From positions 992,001 to 1,056,000 of the forward strand of contig LSRY02000015.1 in the NCBI GenBank assembly GCA_001643675.2: DNA of 64,000 bases, read 5' to 3'. Below the pieces are notes generated by a model that was given only the letters and a program-made list of their open reading frames with translations, searched no databases and had not been told where the DNA came from. This document shows, piece after piece, positions 53,827-64,000 of the stretch. A program made the position numbers and the translations under genes. Within the stretch, counting starts at the first letter, position 1. Each line of letters starts with the position of its first letter. Origin of the DNA: Monocercomonoides exilis PA203. Its lineage: Eukaryota > Protista > Preaxostyla.

Positions 53827-54865
53827 ATGTCAAAGATACGAGAAACAAAAGACGTGATCTCAAACATGAATTTCTTGTTTGCTAATTTGGTACGCATTTG
53901 GAAGTGGATTTTCGAGCATGGACTTCTTCCTGATACTGGGGAATGTGAACACTGCAAATTGAAAAAACTATTGTGCAAAAGAGACAACGCATATTTTCTA
54001 AAGTGCAAAAAGTGCCTGAAAACTACATCTGTATTAAAAGGAACAACATTATCAAAGGCAAAAACAACAGTTAATAAGATTATGCATGTGTTTCTGCTGT
54101 TTTGGCTGGAATTAAGCATTAAGCAAACTTGTTTTTTGTTATATCTGGATAGAAACACCGTTTCATTCTATTATAATATTTGCAGGGAAGTTTGTGTTGA
54201 TGTGCTATTCAAGAACCCAATAAAAATTGGAGGAGTGGGGAAGGAGGTGGAAATTGACGAAATGTTGTGGAGAAGAACGAAATACAACAGAGGAAAAAGG
54301 AAAAAGCAAGTTTGGATTTTTGGTAGAGTTGAAAGATCTGAAAAACATTTTGAAAGATCTTTTATAGTGGGAGTTCCAAAAATGAACAAAGAAATGTTTG
54401 AAGCTGCTATCAAAGAGCACATTTCCCCTCACACAACGATATTCAACATTGAATGGAAGGCCTGTAATTATTTGGATGAAAAAGGTTTTATTCACAAAAC
54501 CGTTTGCTATAAGAGACATTTTGTCAATCTGGAAAATAAATCAGTCTATACGAATACAGTGGAAGGTTTTTTGAAAGCACTTTTGGAAATATCTTCCCAG
54601 ATTTGGAATCCGAACAAGATTTCTTCAACAATATATAGCATCTTTCATTGTTCGTTCGATAAGTTTGCTGACTTTTAATCAACTCGTTGAATCTGCAATC
54701 CATTTGAACATCGAAAACGAAGAAATGGTTGCTGAGGAAGACGAAAATAATCTCGAAAAGGCTAACGAAGAGGAAGAAATCCCTGATATGGATGATCTTC
54801 CTGATGAAGATACTGATTTCGGTGCAGATGATGGAGCAGACGCATCAGAATGGTCTGATAATTAA
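53827..54865 (+). pseudogene. Near full-length Merlin/ISXO2-like transposase
   Basis: N-terminal CxxC..CxxC Zn ribbon and HTH, IGGVGKEVEIDE, KYNRG, WIFG and TNTVEG. The second catalytic Asp is lost (TTIFNIEW) and there is a C-terminal frameshift before the acidic tail. Confidence 0.9.
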
Positions 54866-55372
54866 TTCTTTTTCTCCAATTTCATACGCTTTTTAAAAAA
54901 TAAAAAATAATTCGAAAATATTATCACACATTTTTAATTGAAATTAGAAAAAAAATTATTCATAAAAATACAACGAGCTATTTGTGCAAGATAAAAATAC
55001 GACAGAATGATCAAGAATTGCAACATCTTTCTTCGTATCAATTATAAAGTGTTTACTTTAGGAACGCGTATATTCTGCATTTGCCTTTATTTTCTTTTTG
55101 AAATGCCTTAAATAGCTAATGAACTTCTTTTCGATTCATTTGAAGTTTCGATCAAAGAGAAAAATAATGATCACATTATTTAACTGAAAAATTCCATAAT
55201 TTTTTAAAATATCAACACATTTCTGCACTTCAATTTTCCTTAAATGTTACATATTAATACCATTTAATAATTAATAATGCATTTCAAACAAAAAAAATAA
55301 CGTCTTCCAAAGGTGACACTTGCCTATATTCCAAATATTCCGTATTCCATTAATGTTTTGTTAATTGATTAT

Positions 55373-55774
55373 GGTTAGTGTTAATAATTGTGGACACTTT
55401 CAATGACTTTGGACAGCTGTATTATCTCAACAACTATTGATTGTTTCTTTTTGATAATTAACCCAATTATTCCTTTAATAAATATGAACTTTACAACCAT
55501 ACGAAAATGAGACAACTTGTTTCCAAAAATAGAGAAAAAAACAATTTTTGTTTTCAAAGAAACTCTGAGAAATCAGATTTGACGAGTTTCTCCGAAAACC
55601 AAAATTAATTATTTCAAAATTTCATTGTGATATGTGAATGAAAAAACGATTTGTATTAGTTCACATTCATCGAGGGAATAATTTGGTGAATTGTCAAAAA
55701 GAAACTATCAACGGTTGTTGAGATAATGCAACTGTCCACAGTTATTGAATGTGTCCACCATTTTTACACAAACT
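55373..55774. mobile_element. MITE-like element with about 85-bp imperfect inverted arms
   Basis: GTGGACAC..CAAT.AC..TGGACAG...ATTATCTCAACAAC..TTGAT.GTTTCTTTTTGA at 55390-55455 is mirrored at 55690-55760. Confidence 0.7.
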
Positions 55775-56659
55775 ATATTGTTCTTTTTTGATTAAAAACT
55801 TGCAAAATGATTGTTTGAACTTTCATGTTTGACATCTCCACTAGCATTAACAAGAATCTTTTATTGACGTTATTTCTTATCATTTTTGCATTAGATGAAT
55901 TGTGAATTAAAAAATTATAAAAAAAATTGTTGGATTATTTAAAAATTACCCAATAATTATAAAATCGTCTCTGGAAATTTTGTAATATTTGGGGAATTAT
56001 GCAATAACTCAGGTGGACATATTTTTTATTGTGAAAAAATTTATTATGCATATACATGAAGTTTTTCAAATCATATTTTCGAAAATTTTTCTGTTGTTTA
56101 TTATTATTATTAATTAAAGAAATAATTTTTTTAACAAAATTATTTTGAAATAATGAATGATTTCTAGAAACAAGCTTTGGAATGCAATTATGTTCCTTTT
56201 CAAATTAATTGTTTTTAAAGGTTGAAGGTTTTAACAGCAATTTTTTTTTCAGAAAAATGATAAAGGACAAATTTTCTCAAAAATCACCAAGAATCAAAAT
56301 ATTTACCGATTGGAGAAAACATGAAACACTCAGCGGACATTATTAATCTTTACATATTCAAAATTTCACAAACGAAAAAGATTATCTATGATAAACTTCA
56401 ACATCCAAAATAAAATGACTCTTGAAAGAAAATTTTGATGTTATTTTTTGATCAATTTAAAAATTGATTATCCGGTGAAATAAGATTTGTTGCATTTTAT
56501 CATGAATGTTTCTGAACAAGACATTTGATGTTCGATATGTTTCACAAGATTTAACGTTGAAAAATTATTTTGATTTGAAAAAACTTATTCTTTCATTTTC
56601 ACTGTTTTTCTTGGTTAAAGCACTTCAAACGAAAAATACCCCTCATTAAGGTTAAAGAG

Positions 56660-57863
56660 AATTGAATAATCTTCAAATAAAAGGAAAAACGAAATGGATG
56701 CAACAGAAAGTTAGTCCTTTTCATTGTGCGAATGGATTGGTTGCACATCGCAACAAGGAGGCGCACTTCATGGATATTATAATTCAGATGCTATTTTGTC
56801 TGTTAAAAATCCGTCATTCACTGAATGCAATGCATTTTCTAAAGAGGTGGAGGAATATATGAAATGAATATTGCCAAATGGATTTTGCTCCATGCTCCAT
56901 TCACACAATGTTTTGAAGCAAAAGCAAGCTCAGATGGTTGCGGCGGTGGAGGAATTCAGTTTGAAAACGTTTATTCACAATCAATGGTTGATGATTGTTC
57001 CTTTCAATATTGCTCATCCTTCGTTGCCGGATGGGCAATTGATCAGCATCCAACAAAAACTCAAAGACAAAATAAATGTGGAATTGATTCGTTTATTTTT
57101 CAATTGCAGATGCAACGGAACAGCTACTGGAATTGGATGAACGATTGAACATTGGCTTTTAATGAACATAGTCTTAATGTTTACTGCCTGTTCTTCAACT
57201 GCTTTTCGATGACAGCAGGAGGTGTTTTTGGCTCACAAATAAATACAGTTAATAAAGGAATTTTATTTTTCTACTGTTTTTTCCACAATAACCCATGTGT
57301 TAAAGGTGGACATGACATTCTTCTTCAAAACTCTTCACCATACAACATTCATCAAAGCTGTTATTCGAACAGATATACAGAAAACAGAGTTAGCACAAAC
57401 TCGGGTTCAATCATTGATTGAAGTGAATGGCTTAATAATGTTGGCGGACGAACCAGATTTGTTTTTTCAACTGCAGCACAACCAAATTCCAAAGGCACTT
57501 TTTCATGTGGAATCAATGAAAGCTATCTTTTAAATGCTATCACCCATTATTTGACCAAACTTATTCCTGACTATGGGACGGATGAAGATACTCGCAGGAA
57601 CGATTACAGAGACTAGAAAGGTGGACTACAGTCCTAACACTTTCACAATATACGGCCAAAGTGATATGAGAACAGCAATCCAAACGAAATTAAAAGAGCC
57701 AGGCTTATCACTTTTTTTGGTATCAACAGGCACATGGACTGTTAGGGACTTTGTTCTTTTGCACAACTCAGCTCATGCTAATAATCGCGGCTCAAAGATA
57801 TTTGCGATTACTGGAGCAGGGGTACTGAAAAAAAGCGCGTTGAACATATCAGCTGGAAGCTGA
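56660..57863 (+). pseudogene. Parallel beta-helix (pectin-lyase-like) surface-protein-type gene, disrupted
   Basis: Repeats GGGIQF..DCSFQYC, CLFFNC..AGG and YCFFHNN..GGHDI. Multiple stops and frameshifts. Confidence 0.55.
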
Positions 57864-58089
57864 CTCTCCACAATAATGAAATTTTCCACAAATTTCACTA
57901 ATATATTTTTTATCAAGAATTTTAAATGGAAAATGTTAACTGAGCATAGATCATCAAAAATATTACTTTATTTACACCTTCTTTTCCAATTAAAGTTTCA
58001 TTATCGCATTTTGAATTTGCCTTTTGCGGGATTTCGAGAAAAATAAGGAATGAACGAGTTGTTCATGTGAAAAGAATAAGAAAGACTCA

Positions 58090-59180
58090 ATTGAATGGGA
58101 ACGAGGTTGAGCCTATGAAGATTGCGTTGTTGTTCTAAGATCATCCACCATCTCGAGTGCTCGCGCTGTTATCCACGCTGTTAACTCCACCTATCACTCA
58201 CGCGCAACATTCCCCACATCCCAATCGATGAGATGCACTGCAAACAGAAACAGAACAGAGTAGTTCCCCTCAAAGTCAAACGTGATATTGTGCTCCCGGC
58301 AGTTCGAAAAGAACTGCCCGTGCGACACACGCGACAGCTCCAGCTGGAAGAACGGCAGCACTATCACAATGCTGTGTGTCGCTGCTGGAGAGAGACAGGC
58401 ACACGCCTGTGCAGAGGCACTGGCTGAGCCACACGCAGTCTGAGTACACTCTCTCCACACCTACCACCTGGCGCGGAGATGCCGACATGCGTTCTCAGCT
58501 CGAAGAGCCCTGAGGCGGAGCACAGGCAGAATGCGCAGAATCAGAGGAAGAAACACGCACTTGCAAAGCGGCTGTGCTACTGCGGAGCGAAAGGAGGTAG
58601 TTTCCAGACGCGATCTCGATGCCCCCCTGCAGCAGATACGACATCCACCGGAATGCCGACGACGCTGCCAGCGGACCCATCGAAAGATCCACAGCACACA
58701 TCCGCAGCGACTCCCACTCGTCCACAAACACACAATACGAAACACAAAACACAACTATCATCTTTTACCTGTGGCACACTTTCCCGATTGTAACAAACTC
58801 GTCAATCGTCTCTCTCTGCCAGTCCGAGTTCAAATACAACAATGCTCCATCCAATACCAATCATTTATTCACATCTCTTTCTTTTCACTTCTCTCTCCTC
58901 CCAAACAGCATCTCCCCAACAAACGTGAAACTCATCGTCCCGTCCGGCTGTATCACACTTCCACAACCGGCTCCCCCACAATCCCCTCCCGCTCTGTACA
59001 CAGCTCCACCAGCACCTCCTTCACCATCTCCATTATAAGATTGTACCTCCATCTCCCATTCGCTCATTCTCCTTCAACAATCGCATGCTTCAGATTCACA
59101 GGAACACTCAGCAGAAATTTTTCGTCCAGTGATTGGATATCATCATCATCATTTTCATCGGCTTCATCATCATAACGCTT
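58090..59180. pseudogene. GC-rich island of host-like coding fragments, product unknown
   Basis: Abrupt rise in GC content with overlapping short ORFs and no recognisable domain. Confidence 0.3.
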
Positions 59181-59539
59181 TCTTTTATATTTCCTGAGCG
59201 TTTTAAAAAAGAAAGATTATTTTCAATTAAATCTTCTTCTTCTTCTCTATCTTCTTCTCTGTAATCTTTATCTTCTTCTACTACTGCTGCTTCTTTTTCT
59301 TCTTCAATCTCTTTCTTTTTCGCATTAACTCCTTTTTTTCTTTATTGTTGTTCAAACTTCCTTCAAACATTTGCAATCATCATGAACTTCCTTAACTTTG
59401 TTCACCTTATATTTCCGAAATAGTGAGCTCTCGGCTGCTTTTCACTCCTCATCTCATGGAATGAATTTTTCTTTTGTCAATTTCGAACAATATCGTTTCG
59501 CCCTGACTACTAGCAATAAATGAAATTGAAAATACATAT

Positions 59540-59801
59540 GGGTGATTATTTTAAAAATCATATCTTTTTTCGGGGTGTTGATTTTTTTAAGATTGTTGGT
59601 TTTTTGAATAAAAATTTTAATGCAAAAGAGAAAAAGCATGATAATTGTTTTTTTTTAAAAAACAAATATTTTTAAAGAAACACAGATAAAAATGTACTCA
59701 GTTAGCCCTTTCACTTTTCAATTTTTGTTTATCGATATTCAAGAAATATTTTTTTTCCGATATTTTTGTATGAAAAAATATGATTTCAAAAATAATCACC
59801 C
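59540..59801. mobile_element. MITE (262 bp) with about 25-bp TIRs
   Basis: ATAT|GGGTGATTATTTTAAAAATCATAT ... ATATGATTTCAAAAATAATCACCC|ATAT. Confidence 0.88.
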
Positions 59802-60244
59802 ATATATAATTTTTTTAATAAATACAAATAAAATATAAAGTTCATTATTCGCCTCTTTTCGTTTGTATAATGGAAGCTCATGCTTCAACACGCCTTCCAG
59901 CAATCAGAATAATCGACTTTCACTACCCTCAGAAAAACACAGTTGCAGTCCTATCGGCCTCATCGCTGCATAAAACTCGCCTACTCCAGCAGCCACATTT
60001 TGGGTGCATGGAACTACCGCTCTGTGGGTGTTTGTGCCACTTTTGTTGAATTTGGCCTAGTTTGATACTCTCCATAACAGATTTAGGTCAGATTCAGAAA
60101 AGGGGCACAACACGATGCGCTGTGGCTGAATGGGCATGTAAAGAAAACGTGATTTCAAAAGAATGGATTTATTGTGCTTGAGGAAGGATTTGAGTGTTTG
60201 GGGAGAAACATGGTTTTGGAAAAGACTGGAGAGTGTGAGTGGTA

Positions 60245-60304
<60 letters not shown>

Positions 60305-60476
60305 GAGGGGGAGGGAGGGGGAGTAGGAGGAGGGTTATTTGAAGCGCAGCAAGAGGAAGAGTGTTTGTCGATGTACAAGTGAAGGGGGAAATGGAAAGGA
60401 GGATGTTAGGGAAGAGAAGAAGAAAAATGAAAAAAACTTCTTGAAGTGTGAGTTATTTTTCATATTTCCTTTTTTT

Positions 60477-61384
60477 ATCGGTACCAAAATTCTCTGGCTC
60501 TCTGGAGCACTTTTCGAAAAAATGAAATAACAGAAAATCTTCAAAATGATTATATGTGCTATTCCTGAAAAATTTTTTTTTTATTTTTCAATTTTTGAAA
60601 AAAAAATCTGGTATTTTTTGTTTTATTTTTAAGATCAAAGACTTGCTCATATTTTCACGAGCTTTTTGTTTTGAGTGTTTTGAGTTATATCATTGTTAAT
60701 AAACTTAACTTCTTTATGTATTTTGTTATTTTTTGATATTAAACACTTCGTATTTTTATTCCTTTTTCCATTTCTCAAAATTTCATTGAACAGAAGATTT
60801 TATTGGAACAAAGGAGATTTTTTGTCTTGTAAAATAAGTCGAAATATGAAAATCATACACAAACAAAGGAATACAAAAGGAAGAAAATTTTGTATTTTTT
60901 ATGATACTAATAAATTTTCAAAAATACTTGTTTTTGTATATTTTTGAATCTTTAACTTAAAATCACATTCTTTCGTTTCATAATTTTTGTGATAATCATA
61001 ACATTCATTTTTCCAACAACTTTTCAACATCAGAAAACAATACTATACAAAAATCACTGTTAATCTTCTGTTCAATGATATTTTGAGAAATGGAAAAAGG
61101 AATAAAAATACGAAGTGTTTAATATCAAAAAATAACAAAATACATAAAGAAGTTAAGTTTATTAACAATGATATAACTCAAAACACTCAAAACAAAAAGC
61201 TCGTGAAAATATGAGCAAGTCTTTGATCTTAAAAATAAAACAAAAAATACCAGATTTTTTTTTCAAAAATTGAAAAATAAAAAAAAAAATTTTCAGGAAT
61301 AGCACATATAATCATTTTGAAGATTTTCTGTTATTTCATTTTTTCGAAAAGTGCTCCAGAGAGCCAGAGAATTTTGGTACCGAT
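60477..61384. mobile_element. Foldback element: 323-bp near-perfect inverted arms around a 262-bp spacer
   Basis: 60477-60799 is the reverse complement of 61062-61384. Termini ATCGGTACC...GGTACCGAT, flanked by T runs. Confidence 0.88.
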
Positions 61385-62313
61385 TTTTTTTTTAGTCACC
61401 GATAAATTCCTTTCCCTGTTTTAATACTTTTTGTTGGATGAACAGTTTGGTCGCGCCTTTCATTTGCTGTTCAAAGGATGGAGGTAGATGCGGAGGAAGA
61501 CTGGAAGAATGAACATCGAACGCAACACTTTGCATTGGGGGTGTGGAGATAGAGATGCGACAGAGATGGAGTTGGATGAAAGGCTGACAACGAGAGGGTG
61601 TCTTGCACCAAAGAGAGGCAAAATATGGAGATTTGTTTATTTTTTATTTTATTTGAAAAAGGATGATGGAAAATGAAGTGGAAAAGATTTTGCATCGTTT
61701 GTGGAAGAGATGGAGGATGTGTGGTGGAGAGACGTTGCAGCTTTGAGAGAAAATGTGGAGAAGAAGGTGATACAACGACAAAGGATGAGAAGGGGTTCTT
61801 CAGATGAAATCCACACCTTTGCAAGTATTTTAATAAAACTGAGTTTGTGGAGGTTATTTGAGTGGAGGAAGAATACAGAATAGCGCATTGACTTTAATAG
61901 GAAGGCAGAAAGGAGGTGATATTATTTTCATTGAAATAAACAAGAGAGATTGATCAAAATAGTTTTGAAGATTAAAGGAAATGATGTATTGAAAAGAAGA
62001 ATAAGAGGAAAACGAAGAAGCAACAATATTTTCAATTTTTGATTTCATTGATAACCTTAATAGCGTTGCATAAATACCACTTATCATCAATATCAAAATT
62101 GTTTTTCTTTTCAATTTAAATGACTTTTTTTACAAGTCATGGAAACATTCCTCCTCTCCCTCCCCTCCCAGAAAATATTCAATTTAGAAATAAAATCAAT
62201 ATTTGAACCATTTTTGGATAATTGGTGGTGCTCTTAATTCATTTTTGATGAATTCTTTATGTTTCAACAATAATGAAATTTTTCACAAATATCTTTTCAA
62301 TATTTTTTTATAT

Positions 62314-62580
62314 AGGGCAACATATTTGTCTTCAGGCATTTTCATTGAAAAATCATTCACTTTTCATTGACTTTTTTGAATCAAAAAACACAAAAAATAT
62401 AATTCCTATTTTTGACATTCGAAAAATACTGGAAAACTTTATGTATTGATTTCAACGATGCCTGTTTGCGGATGTTATAATCCAATTCGTTTTCATATTA
62501 GGAAAAATTTAGGAAAGTTTTAAATGATGCTATTTTTCTTGCTTTGCGCAGAAGCAGCTTGAAAGTCCGAATTTTCCCCC
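62314..62580. mobile_element. MITE (267 bp) of the 26885/40369 family
   Basis: ATAT|AGGGCAACATATTT ... GAAAGTCCGAATTTTCCCCC|ATAT. Confidence 0.85.
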
Positions 62581-63010
62581 ATATGTTATTTGCTGACAAT
62601 CATTCGTTGTTAAAAAACATTTCAATAATTATATTTGCAAAAAATAATATTTTTTTATTTACGATTGTCACAAAAATAATTAAAATGATAATTTTATCAA
62701 AATTTGTTGGTTTCCGTTCTGAAAATTATTCACTTGATATTTGAAAAAAAAAGTTGTGATTAATAAACAGTAATTTTTGATTACCACAATTTTCATAAGA
62801 AAAATGATCTTCCCACAATTTTCATAAAACTTGACATTTGTTGATGAAACTTAAAATAACTGCCTTATTTTCAATTTTTTAGAAAAATTTTTAAATTTCT
62901 TTATAATTTCAAAATAACATATTCAAATTTCAAAATTTTTCAAAAATTTCACAATTACACAAAAAATGCACAATTCATCTATTATTTTCAATAACAGAAA
63001 TTATCAGCTA

Positions 63011-64000
63011 GGGTGGTTATTTTATCCGGACATTTTTTTTATCCGGACAAAAATTTTAATTATGAATTATTTCTTCCCACTTTTTGGATATTTTATAATA
63101 TTTTTGATATATAAGGAAAAGTCAACAGTTTGAATTTCAGATCAAATTACTATACCTAATCTCTGATAGGGGGGGAGATGGGGGGGGGGGGGGTTAGCTC
63201 CTCCATCTCTGATTTGTGCCTCCCCTGAGGAGATTAGGTAATAGCAAGGGGTATTACTAAGTTAGAATTTAATCGAAAAAAATTTTTTGATTTTATTTCA
63301 TTTCAAAAAAAATTTTTTTATAAAAATAAATAAAGATCATAACCATAACTTTATTTGTATGAGCGCAGTGAAACAAAGAAAAGAAATTGGACTAACGAAG
63401 TTAAGAGATTTGATGATATCTTTCCAGTATCGTCAAATCAAAAATCGATTAGTACATATTGCCACAATAAATGCTGATGGAAAATGCCGTGTTACCAACG
63501 CTGCTAATCTGAATGAATTCTCTCGTTCATCGATAAACCGAGCTGTAACTGCCGTTGAAAAGGGAAGAACCGTGGGAAAAGTTGGCCGGCCAGAGCTGTT
63601 CACAAAAGATGACAAAGAAGTGATAACAGGAGTCATCAGAATCGAAAGTGTGACAGGAGTGAGTTATTCTGTAACTCAAACAAAACTATTGGTGTGCATT
63701 ATTATTTCTTTCTAATAAATATTTATGATTGATTATTATTAAAGATGGAATCAGTGCTAACCGATAGAAAAATTCGAAGTGGAGAAGAAGAAGATCAAGA
63801 AGTTAAAATTTCAAAATCAACTCCGTATTCGTTTGTCAAACGAAATCCAGATTTGAAAACGTCCATTCCTCAAAACGTTGATATTCAACGTTTATCTGTA
63901 TCCAATAAGCAGTCTCTTCAACCTTTCTTCTCTCTTCTGAAATCACTTCATGACACTCACAAATACTCCACTTCACTCATCTTCAACACCGACGAATCCT
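63011..64000 (+). mobile_element. 5' part of a pogo-like transposon running off the window
   Basis: TA|GGGTGGTTATTTTATCCGGAC with an internal repeat of TTATCCGGAC, similar in layout to the 21370 TIR. Confidence 0.85.
63359..64000 (+). CDS. pogo-like transposase, exon 1 63359..63691 and exon 2 63745..>64000 (partial, open)
   Basis: Clearly homologous to 23367..21448 (YR.I.NRL..A, V.KVGRP, FVKR.P.LK.S.P.NVD..RL, LIFNTDES). 53-nt GT-AG intron at 63692..63744. Confidence 0.88.

Noticed and set aside
58194-59175. Overlapping ORFs in the GC-rich island as a kinase or viral gene
   Set aside because: No diagnostic motifs were found in any frame. The high GC content explains the ORF density.
1-64000. 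Alternative genetic code (TAA/TAG read as Gln, or TGA readthrough) as the explanation for in-frame stops
   Set aside because: All three stop types interrupt frames. The spliced 543-aa transposase and the Gln-rich 610-aa ORF contain no in-frame TAR. The hAT ends in TAG right after its dimerisation domain and the pogo ORF ends in TAA.
1-64000. TnpB/Fanzor nuclease or CRISPR-like array associated with the transposons
   Set aside because: No RuvC-I/II/III plus Zn-finger motif set and no repeat-spacer array was seen. A highly decayed copy cannot be excluded without an HMM search.

Overview
AT-rich eukaryotic DNA with short GT-AG introns, long GAA/TCT tracts and the standard genetic code. The style resembles an oxymonad/metamonad protist such as Monocercomonoides; that is an inference and was not checked. 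The window is a dense nest of cut-and-paste DNA transposons from five superfamilies: Tc1/IS630-like, hAT, pogo-like DD35D (four copies, one apparently intact), Merlin/ISXO2-like (three copies) and Sola2-like. It also holds at least 10 MITE or foldback elements, interleaved with GC-richer, mostly disrupted host-like gene fragments. Main observations: (1) a 9.3-kb hAT element with TIRs and an 8-bp TSD carrying about 5.8 kb of host-like cargo; (2) a 3.3-kb transposase-less element with 219-bp TIRs and an 8-bp TSD, also filled with gene fragments; (3) a candidate 12.8-kb Sola2-like cargo element plus a set of ATAT-flanked GGG...CCC MITEs, two of which sit inside transposase introns; (4) a cryptic USP/peptidase-C19-like reading frame, partly duplicated as a 745-bp inverted repeat around a Tc1-like transposase. 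No rRNA, tRNA, CRISPR array or TnpB/Fanzor ORF was recognised. All family assignments come from motif recognition by eye; no searches were run.
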